A stretch of DNA of 64,000 bases from assembly GCA_028716665.1 (NCBI GenBank), contig JAQUPP010000001.1:282860-346859 (forward strand). The letters are read 5' to 3'. This document shows, piece after piece, positions 19,384 to 29,346 of this stretch; the stretch's first letter is position 1; the number at the start of each line of letters is the position of its first letter. The notes under the pieces were generated by a model. It ran no database searches. It saw nothing but the letters and a program-made list of their open reading frames with translations, and was not told the origin of the DNA. This stretch comes from Patescibacteria group bacterium. Its GTDB lineage: Bacteria > Patescibacteriota > Patescibacteriia > UBA2591 > JAQUPP01. A program made the position numbers and the translations under genes.

Positions 19384-19511
19384 AAATTTAACAAAAAATT
19401 TTCTTTTTAAAACAACCAGAGCCAGAGGCGTCTTCGCTCTTGGACTTTCTGCATCAGGAATCGATTGATGAATTTCTGATGGGGCAAAGGATAAAATCAT
19501 TCTGACAAATT

Positions 19512-19543
19512 AAAAAAGAGTCCCGATTTTTTGGGACTCTTTT
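19512..19543. terminator. bidirectional terminator
   Basis: AAAAGAGTCCC/GGGACTCTTTT between convergent genes. Confidence 0.8.
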
Positions 19544-19551
19544 GATTTACG

Positions 19552-20022
19552 TTATTGAAAAAAGAATTTTTTGAGAAGACCAATAACTTCTTCGTTTTGT
19601 TTTATCATTTGATCATGCTGTTGTACTATCTGTTCATTTTGATAATAAATAGCTCTAAGATAATCTATAGTGGCAAGATCATACATATTACATGGACGAT
19701 TATCCCCATCTATCTTAGTTATCATCTTCCTCTGATGTTCTGCTATTTGTAACGCGTCCATTTTCTCCAACTGATTATGATCTGTCTTAGAGGAGATGAT
19801 CGGTAAAGAAGTTGACCTGGGCTTTATTATAGGAATAATCCTTTTCTGGCGAGTGGGCCACGCAGTAGCTGATGTACTTGGTTTAGACTGATTATTAACA
19901 GATTGAGTAATAAAGGGATTATTTGTATCCTTGCGACATTCGGTTGCAGATACAAATGAAACCGTTCCAATCGCGCATAAACTTATTACTGAAATTACCA
20001 GTATTGTGAGAATTTTTCTCAT
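19552..20022 (-). CDS. hypothetical exported protein
   Basis: signal peptide, SD AGGAGG. Confidence 0.65.
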   Translation of the reverse strand: MRKILTILVISVISLCAIGTVSFVSATECRKDTNNPFITQSVNNQSKPSTSATAWPTRQKRIIPIIKPRSTSLPIISSKTDHNQLEKMDALQIAEHQRKMITKIDGDNRPCNMYDLATIDYLRAIYYQNEQIVQQHDQMIKQNEEVIGLLKKFFFQ

Positions 20023-20034
20023 TTTTTCCTCCTT

Positions 20035-20556
20035 TTATTTTAAACTATAAATAATAGTTCCTTTAAATGCCTGTTTGTTTGGAGTTGCTGAAGGAATTAT
20101 TATTGTTAAGCAAAGCTTCGCTTTTCCTCCAAGCTTGTATGAAGAACCAATCAGAGTCGAGTAACTCTTTTTATTTGAGTACGCTTTAAAGCTAATTGCC
20201 TCATTGATCGAGATATCTCCTTTACCGATAGTTTTTCCAATTCCAATACTTGTTGTGTATTGTATGGGTTCAAACGAAGGGTCCACATTTATTTTTTCAA
20301 CAGCACTTAAAGAATATCCCTTACTTAAAGGATAAGCGCAGATTGCTTGAAAATCCAAAAGTGAATTTTCTATTTTTTCTGCTTTCAGCCTTAAATTCAA
20401 TTTTCCTTCTTTATATGGCTGGCTTAATGTAACCAAGCGATTTGTTTTTCCCTGGTTATACATCGCGCCTATTTCAAAATCAATCGCCCTTAGCGGTAAA
20501 GTCAATACAAATAAAGCGATAAGTACGCAAAAAATCTTTATCTTATTGATTCTCAT
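20035..20556 (-). CDS. hypothetical exported beta-rich protein
   Basis: signal peptide (LRA), alternating beta-strand pattern, SD AGGAGG before ATG 20556. Confidence 0.65.
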   Translation of the reverse strand: MRINKIKIFCVLIALFVLTLPLRAIDFEIGAMYNQGKTNRLVTLSQPYKEGKLNLRLKAEKIENSLLDFQAICAYPLSKGYSLSAVEKINVDPSFEPIQYTTSIGIGKTIGKGDISINEAISFKAYSNKKSYSTLIGSSYKLGGKAKLCLTIIIPSATPNKQAFKGTIIYSLK

Positions 20557-20702
20557 CTTTCCTCCTTTTGTAAAAGTACTATATTTCCCCAAACCATTTT
20601 TGTTTGGTTACTATTATTTAAGCAAATTTTTCGGTTTTTGTCAACCCTCTCGCCTAAAACGCTGATAAACAATTAATTTTGTATTTTTCGAATCTCTAAA
20701 TT

Positions 20703-20734
20703 AAAAAAGAGTCCTGATTATAAGGACTCTTTTT
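20703..20734. terminator. terminator, near copy of 19512-19543
   Basis: AAAAAGAGTCCT/AGGACTCTTTTT. Confidence 0.8.
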
Positions 20735-20740
20735 GTTTAT

Positions 20741-21043
20741 TTAGGATGAAAAATATACAGCATATAAATAGAATATCCACCAGAATACCGCTGTTTCAAA
20801 AAATAATAAAACAAACACTACCCATTTTTTAACCCTGAGTTCAGTGGCAATGGCAATAACCCTGACAATAATGGTGGCAATAATAAGAATGGCAAGAATA
20901 ACAAAGACGATCCAGATTTTAGGGGGCGCGATAAAAGGGACAACAAAGGCGATAAACAACAGAGTGCTGATTGGGGTGAACAAGATTGCCATAATTACGG
21001 CAGTTGGAATACAGTGGACCAGAATTGAAATCAGTTTTTTCAT
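20741..21043 (-). CDS. small hypothetical membrane protein
   Basis: three hydrophobic segments, SD GGGAGG. Confidence 0.6.
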   Translation of the reverse strand: MKKLISILVHCIPTAVIMAILFTPISTLLFIAFVVPFIAPPKIWIVFVILAILIIATIIVRVIAIATELRVKKWVVFVLLFFETAVFWWIFYLYAVYFSS

Positions 21044-21064
21044 TCTTCCTCCCATACATTTAAC

Positions 21065-21274
21065 TCAACCAATGAATCTTTTTGTTTCCCAAGGTAATTT
21101 TGAAGAATCTTTTTCTAGTTCAGCTTGAGCAGATATCGCGCATCTATAGTTTCTTTCTTCCTTAGAAATTGGGCGGAATCCTTTTAAAAAGTTTTTTCGT
21201 TTTTCACTGACAGAAATGTTTTTAAGTATTTCTTTTAATTTTCCTAATTTCGTCACCTTCTTTAACTTTTTCAT
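21065..21274 (-). CDS. small basic hypothetical protein
   Basis: SD AGGAGG before ATG 21274. Confidence 0.45.
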   Translation of the reverse strand: MKKLKKVTKLGKLKEILKNISVSEKRKNFLKGFRPISKEERNYRCAISAQAELEKDSSKLPWETKRFIG

Positions 21275-21381
21275 CTTTTCCTCCTTTTTGAAAATAACTG
21301 TTTTCAATTATAAATGAAGCTAAAAAAAAGTCAAATTAACAGGGGATTGCTTTTCTCTTACAATGATTTATAATAATTAAT

Positions 21382-22471
21382 ATGCAGGAATTAATCGCTG
21401 AATTAAAAGATTTTAAGCAGAGGCTCGGAAAGGTCCGAGACTGTCTTTGACATTGATAAAAAAAAGCAAAAAATAAAGGAAATTGAATTTGAAATGGCTG
21501 AACCGGATTTTTGGCAAAACAGAACAGTGGCGGAAAAAAAATCGCGTGAATTCAGCCAATTAAAAGAAGAAGTGGAAAAATGGGAGAAAATAGAAAAGTC
21601 GGTTAGAGATTTCTTGGAAATAGCCCAAGAAGACGAGAAAGATCAATCAGTAAATTTAAGAGAAGACATTAAAGAGCAATTGAATTTAATCAGAAAAGAA
21701 TTGGAAAATTTGGAAAAAACCACTTTTTTCAGCGGAAAATACGACAAAGAAAATGTGATTTTATCAATTTTTGCCGGCGCGGGCGGAGTGGATGCGCAAG
21801 ATTGGGCAGAAATGCTTTTGAGAATGTATTTGAGATATATTGAGAAAAAAAATTGGCGGGCGGCGATTATTGATCAATCGCGCGGCACTGAAGCGGGAAT
21901 AAAAAGCGTTACTTTGGAAATTCAGGGAAATTATGTTTACGGTTTTTTAAAAGGCGAAGCAGGAGTTCATCGTTTGGTGCGCATTTCTCCTTTTGATGCG
22001 GAAAAAATGCGCCACACTTCTTTCGCTTTGATTGAAATTTTACCGGAAATAGAAGAGGTGGAAATTGAAATTAATCCTGATGATTTAAGAATGGATACTT
22101 TTTTGGCTTCCGGACACGGCGGACAAAACGTTCAAAAAACAGAATCGGCCATCAGAATCACTCATTTGCCGACAAAAATTTCCGTCAGTTGCCAATCAGA
22201 AAGAAGTCAATCTCAAAACAAAGAAAAAGCTCTTAAAATTTTAAAATCAAAACTTTTCAGATATTATCAGGCTGAGCAGGAAGAAGAAAAAGAACGGCTG
22301 AGGGGTGAATTCAAATCCGCGTCTTGGGGGAATCAAATTCGTTCTTATGTTATTCATCCGTATAAAATGGTTAAAGATTTGCGGACCGGTTATGAAACAT
22401 CAGATGCTCAAAAAATTTTAGACGGCGAACTGGATGAAATAATTGAAAGTTATCTTAAATTTAAAAAATAA
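21382..22471 (+). CDS. prfB: peptide chain release factor 2 with programmed +1 frameshift
   Basis: ATG 21382, in-frame CTT TGA C at 21445-21451, +1 frame carries SPF and GGQ. Confidence 0.96.
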
Positions 22472-22498
22472 TACAATTGACTCAATAATTGATTTTAT

Positions 22499-23239
22499 AT
22501 GTATCCAACAAGCCGAAAGACTGTCAATCAAATGGAGAAAGAAATTATTCGACGCGCTAAAAGTTTTTTGGGTAAAAATTTAGTTGCTTTATTGGCGGAA
22601 GGAAGTTATGGCAGTTATGATTTTGTGGAAGGGTATAGCGATTATGATCTTTCAATTTTTGTTAAAAATTTTAATAAAATTAAAGAAATTAATTTTACAG
22701 ATATATCTGAGAGATATCATATAGATATTCAATGCGTTGTTAGGTCATATGAAGATTTTCAAAATAGAGTAAAAAATAATCATAAAGCCACAAGATTTAT
22801 CGGTAATTTGGACTTAATCAATATAAAAAAGAAAAAAACAAGATTATTGGTCGGAATGAATATCGCTAATTCGGTGCCCGATATTAAAAAAATAATTAAG
22901 AGGGATTTAGGTTGCGAATTAAGAGCGGAATATTATCATGCCACAAATCTGAATCCCAGTTGGAATATTTACAGAAGAGAACCGAGAAAGTGGGTTAATT
23001 ATATTATCAATCTCAGTGATAGGCTCTTGTTAAGCAAGGGAGTAATATCCAAGAAAGACGATATACCGAAAATGCTGGCCAAATATTATCCGTATTTTAG
23101 GGGCATAAAGTATATCAGAGAAGCGCTTGTTTTAAGAAAAACAAAAAGAGTTTTGAAATTAAATGAAACAGAAAAGAAACACTTGAAAAATATATTAAAT
23201 CAATTTTTAGAAGAATATAAAAGACAAGTTTTTTGCTAG
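22499..23239 (+). CDS. nucleotidyltransferase-domain protein (pol-beta fold)
   Basis: GS...SDYD motif near N-terminus, helical C-terminal part. Confidence 0.65.
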   Translation: MYPTSRKTVNQMEKEIIRRAKSFLGKNLVALLAEGSYGSYDFVEGYSDYDLSIFVKNFNKIKEINFTDISERYHIDIQCVVRSYEDFQNRVKNNHKATRFIGNLDLINIKKKKTRLLVGMNIANSVPDIKKIIKRDLGCELRAEYYHATNLNPSWNIYRREPRKWVNYIINLSDRLLLSKGVISKKDDIPKMLAKYYPYFRGIKYIREALVLRKTKRVLKLNETEKKHLKNILNQFLEEYKRQVFC

Positions 23240-23275
23240 ATATTCGTAATGTATAATTTTTTAAAATAATTTATT

Positions 23276-25114
23276 ATGTGTGGAATTGTAGGTTATATTG
23301 GCTTGAAAAATGGAGTGCCAATTGCGATGCAAGGACTCAAAAGATTGGAATACCGAGGATATGACTCGGCCGGTTTAGCCGTGCTAACAAAAAATGGAAT
23401 TAATTCAATCAAAGTTAAGGGCAGAGTCAAAGATTTGGAAGAAAAAATCGGGCAAGAACAATTATCCAGTAATTTGGTAATTGCCCACACTCGCTGGGCC
23501 ACTCACGGAGAACCGAATGAAATTAACGCTCATCCGCATTTTGATTGTAAAAAAGAAATATTCTTGGTTCATAATGGAATTATTGAAAATTATCGAACTT
23601 TAAAAAAATGGCTGGAACAACGCGGTCATAATTTTTATTCAGAAACCGACACAGAGGTGATTGCGCATTTAATTGAAGAATATTATCAAAAAGATTTATT
23701 AACCGCAACGCAAAAAGCTCTAAGTTTGATTGACGGCGCTTATGGTTTGGCTATTATTTCTTCCCGCGAACCGGATAAATTGGTTGTCGCAAAAATGGGC
23801 AGTCCTTTGATTATCGGTTTAATAGGGGAGGGAGAATATCTGGTGGCTTCGGATCCGGCCGCAGTTGTTGAATATACTCGTAAGGTAATTTATTTGGCTG
23901 ACGGAGAAATCGCTGTTTTAACTCGAGACGGTTATCAGGTTACTACGGTTGACAATCAACCGATTCAGAAAAAAGCGGATGAAGTTTCTTGTGATCTGTC
24001 GCAAATAGAAAAAGGCGGTTTTGATCATTTTATGTTGAAAGAAATTTTTGAGCAGCCGGAAACGATTAAAAATGCTATTCGCGGCAGAGTTTTAATAAAT
24101 GAAAATAAAATTCAATTGGGCGGTATCACGGATTGGTTGGATTTTTTAACCAATGTAAAAAGAGTGGTGTTTTTGGCCTGCGGAACTTCTTGGCATGCCG
24201 GAATGATCGGCGAATATTTATTTGAGCATTTAGCCTCTTTACCGGCCGAAATTGAATATGCTTCTGAATTCAGATATAAAAATGTACCCATTAATAATGA
24301 AACGGCTTATTTTGTTATTTCTCAATCCGGAGAAACGGCGGACACGTTGGAGTCGCTTCGAAAAATAAAAAAAGCCGGTGGACACGTTTTTGGAATTGTA
24401 AACACGGTTGGTTCAACAATTGCTCGGGAAACCGATGCCGGAATTTATTTGCATGCCGGACCGGAAATCGGAGTTGCCTCAACCAAAGCCTTTACTTCGC
24501 AAGTTACGGTTTTGGCGGAATTGGCCTTGCTCTTGGGAATAAATAGGAATAAAATAAAGAAAGAAGAAATAGAATCAAGAATTAAAGCAATCAGTGAGAT
24601 TCCGGAAAAAATAAAAATAATTCTTGATAAAAATGAAGAAATTAAAAAAATCGCCAAAAAATATTATAAGTTTAATAATTTTCTTTACTTGGGTCGCGGT
24701 TATAATTTTCCAACCGCCTTGGAAGGAGCTTTAAAATTAAAAGAAATTTCTTATATTCATGCCGAAGGTTATCCGGCGGCGGAAATGAAACATGGGCCGA
24801 TTGCCCTGATTGATAAAAATATGCCGGTAGTGGTCATCGCCACTGACACAGAGGATGTTATTTATCAAAAAGTCGTCAGTAATATTGAAGAAGTGAAAGC
24901 TCGAGGGGGAAATATTATCGCCATTGCCACTGAAGGGAATGGAGAAATTAATAAAATGGCGGAAAATGTCATTTATGTTCCCAAAACCAATGGATTTTTA
25001 ACCCCGCTTTTAAGCGTTATCCCGCTTCAATTATTGGCTTATCATATGGCTGTTTTAAGAGGCTGTGATGTGGATAAACCCAGAAATTTAGCCAAGAGTG
25101 TGACTGTAGAATAA
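23276..25114 (+). CDS. glmS: glutamine-fructose-6-phosphate aminotransferase
   Basis: MCGIVG, HTRWATHG, SQSGETAD, PRNLAKSVTVE. Confidence 0.98.
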   Translation: MCGIVGYIGLKNGVPIAMQGLKRLEYRGYDSAGLAVLTKNGINSIKVKGRVKDLEEKIGQEQLSSNLVIAHTRWATHGEPNEINAHPHFDCKKEIFLVHNGIIENYRTLKKWLEQRGHNFYSETDTEVIAHLIEEYYQKDLLTATQKALSLIDGAYGLAIISSREPDKLVVAKMGSPLIIGLIGEGEYLVASDPAAVVEYTRKVIYLADGEIAVLTRDGYQVTTVDNQPIQKKADEVSCDLSQIEKGGFDHFMLKEIFEQPETIKNAIRGRVLINENKIQLGGITDWLDFLTNVKRVVFLACGTSWHAGMIGEYLFEHLASLPAEIEYASEFRYKNVPINNETAYFVISQSGETADTLESLRKIKKAGGHVFGIVNTVGSTIARETDAGIYLHAGPEIGVASTKAFTSQVTVLAELALLLGINRNKIKKEEIESRIKAISEIPEKIKIILDKNEEIKKIAKKYYKFNNFLYLGRGYNFPTALEGALKLKEISYIHAEGYPAAEMKHGPIALIDKNMPVVVIATDTEDVIYQKVVSNIEEVKARGGNIIAIATEGNGEINKMAENVIYVPKTNGFLTPLLSVIPLQLLAYHMAVLRGCDVDKPRNLAKSVTVE

Positions 25115-25117
25115 AAT

Positions 25118-25642
25118 ATGCCTAAAATGAGATTTAAAATATTATTTTTTGTTTTATTAATCCTTCTATTTTTAGTTGATTTTTTTGTAGTGGGAAATTA
25201 TGATTCGATTTGCCGCCAGCATAAAGGTTATAATTACAATTATTTTTCTGATGGGGTAACATTTAAACCTGTCGCTCAATTCGGGTTAGAAAGAATTCAA
25301 TATAATTTTAAAAACTTTTTTATTTTTTGGATATCTCCGCCTATTGCTCAAACATTCAGTAATTTAAAAGAATTTATTACTTGTGATGGAAATACGGCGG
25401 CGGAAAATATTTTTCATTTTGTCGGATTCTTTATTTTGACTCTTGTCCTTTTATATTTATTCCGTATTAATATCTGGTATACGTTATTGATTGTTGTCAT
25501 ATTTAATATTTTTCATGAATATGTGGCGGAAGGAGTTTGCTGTGATCCTTCGTTTTTAGATCTTTGGCTGGACAGCGGCGGCATTGCTTTGGGTGTTTTG
25601 TTTTTCTTTTTCAAGAGAGTTATATGGCTGTTTCGAGAATAG
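25118..25642 (+). CDS. membrane protein, VanZ-like C-terminal part
   Basis: H..GF, E, S..D...D..G pattern in TM helices. Confidence 0.55.
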   Translation: MPKMRFKILFFVLLILLFLVDFFVVGNYDSICRQHKGYNYNYFSDGVTFKPVAQFGLERIQYNFKNFFIFWISPPIAQTFSNLKEFITCDGNTAAENIFHFVGFFILTLVLLYLFRINIWYTLLIVVIFNIFHEYVAEGVCCDPSFLDLWLDSGGIALGVLFFFFKRVIWLFRE

Positions 25643-27087
25643 TTTTTTATTGTTTGCTATTTTTTATCGGGGGCATTGGATTAGCCTCTTTTTTCTATCT
25701 GCCATTTTTCGTTTATTTGCCGGTATTTTTATTAATTTTATTTTTTTGCGTTTTAAAAAGGCCATTTAGAAATATTTGGCCTTTTGTCTTTTTTGTCATC
25801 TTTTTTACTTTGGGTGTTATTCGTTATAATTTAAGTTTTCCAAAAATTGATGAAAATAACGTGGCTTTTTACAATAACACAAATCTTATTTTTGAGGGAC
25901 AAGTTATCAGTGAGCCGGATGTGAAAACGGACAAAACCCAACTGACTGTCGGTAAAATAAATAATAATCAATTTAAAGGTAAGGTTCTAATTTCTGCACC
26001 GCTTTATTCTGATTATCAATATGGCGATTTATTGGAAGTTGATTGTCAACTTAAGGGCGTGCTTGATAATGGATTTAAAAATAATGCGGCAATTGTTAAT
26101 GATATTTATTCGGTTTGTTATTTTCCAAAAATAACAAACTTAAATCATAATCAGGGAAATTTTTTATATCAAAAAATATTTTTATTTAAAAATCAGGTAA
26201 AGAATCTAATTGACCAAAGTTTTTCCGAACCCCAAGGATCTGTTTTTTCCGCTTTATTATTGGGGCTTCAGCGCCAAATTCCTCAAGAAGTCAGAAATTG
26301 GTTTTCTACAACCGGTACAACCCATATTTTATCAGTTTCCGGATTGCATGTGGCGATTTTATCTCAATTGATAATGATTTTTATTGTCAGTGTTTTATTG
26401 ATTCGCCGTCAAATAGCTTTTTGGCTGGCGGCAATATTAATTATATTTTTTGTTATTTTGGTTGGTGCGCCCGCCGCGGCAGTTCGAGCGGCGATTATGG
26501 GCTTGGGTATTCTCTATGCCCAGAAAATCGGCCGTCCCCAGTCAGGATTAAGAATTGTTATTTGGGCTGCGGCGATTATGCTTTTAATTAATCCGAAACT
26601 TTTAGTTCTAGACATCGGCTTCCAATTATCGTTCGCTTCAATTTTGGGTTTAATATTTTTTACTCCGATTTTTAATCAATATTTTAAAAAAATACCCAAT
26701 CTTAGGTATTTACCGATTAAGGATTGCTTGTCAGCCACTTTCAGCGCTCAGGTTTTTGTCTTTCCTTTGATTTTATATTATTTCGGCACCTTATCGCTAG
26801 CCGCGCCTTTGGCGAATATTTTAATTTTGCCCATTATTCCGGTTTTAATGTTTTTGGGAATATTTTTTATTTTATTCGGAACAATTTCTGTTTTTTTGGC
26901 GAAAATTTTATTTTGGCCGATTTGGCTCGGTCTAACCTTTTTGATTTTAACGGTGAAAATAATCGCCAAGATTTTTTATTTTTCGCCCATCATTATCAAT
27001 TTTCCTTTGATTGCCGCTTTAATTTTATATTTTTTTATTGTTTGGTGGTTAATTTATGCTCAAAAAACTCAGTCCAAAAATTCTTAA
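25624..27087 (+). CDS. comEC: ComEC competence protein (OB fold + membrane channel)
   Basis: GTTHILSVSGLHV, RAAIM, GFQLSF motifs. Confidence 0.92.
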   Translation: MAVSRIVFYCLLFFIGGIGLASFFYLPFFVYLPVFLLILFFCVLKRPFRNIWPFVFFVIFFTLGVIRYNLSFPKIDENNVAFYNNTNLIFEGQVISEPDVKTDKTQLTVGKINNNQFKGKVLISAPLYSDYQYGDLLEVDCQLKGVLDNGFKNNAAIVNDIYSVCYFPKITNLNHNQGNFLYQKIFLFKNQVKNLIDQSFSEPQGSVFSALLLGLQRQIPQEVRNWFSTTGTTHILSVSGLHVAILSQLIMIFIVSVLLIRRQIAFWLAAILIIFFVILVGAPAAAVRAAIMGLGILYAQKIGRPQSGLRIVIWAAAIMLLINPKLLVLDIGFQLSFASILGLIFFTPIFNQYFKKIPNLRYLPIKDCLSATFSAQVFVFPLILYYFGTLSLAAPLANILILPIIPVLMFLGIFFILFGTISVFLAKILFWPIWLGLTFLILTVKIIAKIFYFSPIIINFPLIAALILYFFIVWWLIYAQKTQSKNS

Positions 27088-27949
27088 AATAATCATTTTC
27101 TCAGTCACCGGACTTTTATTGATTAATCTGGTTATTTTGGGTTATTGGTTGATTTTGACCCAGAATAATTATAATTCTTTAAGAGTTGTTTTTTTTGATG
27201 TCGGGCAAGGCGACTCAGCCTTGATACAGACGCCGGAAGGGAAGAATATTCTAATAGACGGCGGGCCGGACAAAAATGTTATTTATAAATTGGATAAATA
27301 TATTCCCATTACTCGCCGAAAAATTGATTTAATGATTTTGACTCATCCGGACCCCGATCATCTGATCGGCCTGGTTGAAGTTCTGCGACGCTGGCCGGTT
27401 GATCAAATCGTAACCAACAATACTGAAGAAACTGACTCTCTTTATTTCGAATGGAAGAAATTAATTCAAGAAAAAAATATTACGCCTGTTATTATTTCAG
27501 AACAGCGAAAAATTTGGTTGAATGATAAAATTTATTTGGATTTTTTGTGGCCGATTCAAGAGTTGGCCGGTCAATCCAATAAAGACGATAATAATCCCAA
27601 TTCTTTGGTTTTTAAGTTGGTTGATAATCAAAATAAAATTCTTTTTACCGGCGACGCCACCAGTGAAATAGAAAAAATATTATTGGACAATAATTATGAT
27701 TTGCAATCACAGGTTTTAAAAGTCGGGCATCACGGTTCCAAATATTCTTCGGATTTGAATTTTTTGGAAAAAATCAGCCCGATTTACGGCGTTATTTCGG
27801 TTGGCCAAAATAATAAATTCGGACATCCCAGCTTGAGGGCTTTAACAAGCTTGGAAGAAGTTGGCGCAGAAATATTAAGAACAGATCAAAACGGCGACAT
27901 TGTTTTTATTGACAAAAACGGGAAATTAATCTTAAAAATTGAGAAATAA
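27056..27949 (+). CDS. ComEC-type metallo-beta-lactamase-fold nuclease
   Basis: DVGQGD, IDGG, THPDPDH, FTGDA, KVGHHGS, FGHP. Confidence 0.9.
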   Translation: MLKKLSPKILKIIIFSVTGLLLINLVILGYWLILTQNNYNSLRVVFFDVGQGDSALIQTPEGKNILIDGGPDKNVIYKLDKYIPITRRKIDLMILTHPDPDHLIGLVEVLRRWPVDQIVTNNTEETDSLYFEWKKLIQEKNITPVIISEQRKIWLNDKIYLDFLWPIQELAGQSNKDDNNPNSLVFKLVDNQNKILFTGDATSEIEKILLDNNYDLQSQVLKVGHHGSKYSSDLNFLEKISPIYGVISVGQNNKFGHPSLRALTSLEEVGAEILRTDQNGDIVFIDKNGKLILKIEK

Positions 27950-27999
27950 TTCATATTTCGGCCATTGATTAATCGTGTGATTGTTATAAAATATCTCTT

Positions 28000-28725
28000 A
28001 TGACATTGTCCATTGTTATCCCGGTTTACAATGAAAAGAAAACGATTTTGGAAATTTTAAAACGCCTTGAAGTGGTAAATTTTGGCTGTGATTACGAAAT
28101 TATTATTATTGACGATTGTTCTACTGACGGCACTGCTGCTTTATTAAAATCCGAAATTCTAAATCCAAAATCCGAAACAAATTCCAAATTCCAAATTCTA
28201 AATTCTAAAATCAGAATTTTTTTTCAAAATAAAAATTCTGGCAAGGGAGCGGCATTGAGACGCGGATTCCAAGAGGCGAGCGGTGAAATAATTGTTGTTC
28301 AGGACGCGGATTTGGAATATAATCCACAAGATTTACCAAAACTTATTCAACTGATTCTGGAAGGAAAAACGGATATAGTTTACGGTTCGCGGTTTTTAAT
28401 TAAACAAAAAGCAAAATATAAAATATTTTATTGGGGTAATCGTTTGATCGCCTTTTTGTTTTTTCTTTTTTACGGTCAGAAAATTACCGATCCCTGGACT
28501 TGCTATAAAGTTTTTAAAAAATCAATTACCCAAAATTTAAAATTAGAATCAAATGGTTTTGAGATGGAGCTTGAGATGACGGCTAAATTTTTGCGTAGAG
28601 GTTATAAAATTTTAGAACTGCCTATTTCATATCGAAGCCGAACTTATACTGAAGGAAAAAAAATCAAATGGATTGATGGAATAAAGGCTATTTTTACTAT
28701 TATTAAGTATAAATTTCATGATTGA
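28000..28725 (+). CDS. GT2 polyprenol-phosphate glycosyltransferase
   Basis: IPVYNE, DDCSTDGT, QDADLEY, YGSRF; contains heptamer-derived insert. Confidence 0.9.
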   Translation: MTLSIVIPVYNEKKTILEILKRLEVVNFGCDYEIIIIDDCSTDGTAALLKSEILNPKSETNSKFQILNSKIRIFFQNKNSGKGAALRRGFQEASGEIIVVQDADLEYNPQDLPKLIQLILEGKTDIVYGSRFLIKQKAKYKIFYWGNRLIAFLFFLFYGQKITDPWTCYKVFKKSITQNLKLESNGFEMELEMTAKFLRRGYKILELPISYRSRTYTEGKKIKWIDGIKAIFTIIKYKFHD

Positions 28726-29344
28726 ATTTTTTAAAAATTATTTTTCTTTACCGATTAAACAATATTTTTATATTAACGTTATTCCGGAGTATAATATTGC
28801 CGGAATTTTTGATTCTTTATATTTTTATTTTATTATTATTTTGGCTATTGTTATAATTATTATTTTTAGTAGAATTTTTTTAATTAAATATCGCCACAAG
28901 ATAAATTTTAATAAAACTTTTTTATATTTTCTGTTGATTTTTTGGCTGATTACTTCTTTACGCTGGTTTGGTATTGAAGCAGAATTGTTAAAAAAAGATT
29001 TTAAAGAATTATTCGGACAAAATTTAGCTGTTCAACGCACCAATTTAACAATAAGAGCAATGCGGTCAACGGAATTACCGCCAAATTGGTATGATTTGTA
29101 TGATTTTTTGCAATTTGTCCAAAAAGAAATTCCTGTTGGAAAGACCGCTTATTTTTTACCCGATGATAATACTTTAAAATTTTGGACAAAATATTGGCTT
29201 TATCCGAATTTATGGGTTGAAACTACCTATTTGTTCAGGGCAGATTATATTCTTGTTTTTAATTTAGAAATAAAAGAAATACCTAAAAATTTTGAAAAAT
29301 ATCGCGAATTTGCGCCAAATCAATTCATTTTAAAAAAGATTTAG
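28718..29344 (+). CDS. hypothetical membrane protein
   Basis: two TM segments, overlaps GT2 stop. Confidence 0.7.
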   Translation: MIEFFKNYFSLPIKQYFYINVIPEYNIAGIFDSLYFYFIIILAIVIIIIFSRIFLIKYRHKINFNKTFLYFLLIFWLITSLRWFGIEAELLKKDFKELFGQNLAVQRTNLTIRAMRSTELPPNWYDLYDFLQFVQKEIPVGKTAYFLPDDNTLKFWTKYWLYPNLWVETTYLFRADYILVFNLEIKEIPKNFEKYREFAPNQFILKKI

Positions 29345-29346
29345 AT

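Noticed and set aside
25624-27949. Split comEC as a pseudogene
   Set aside because: The second ORF has its own start and TM anchor; separate channel and MBL genes are a known arrangement.
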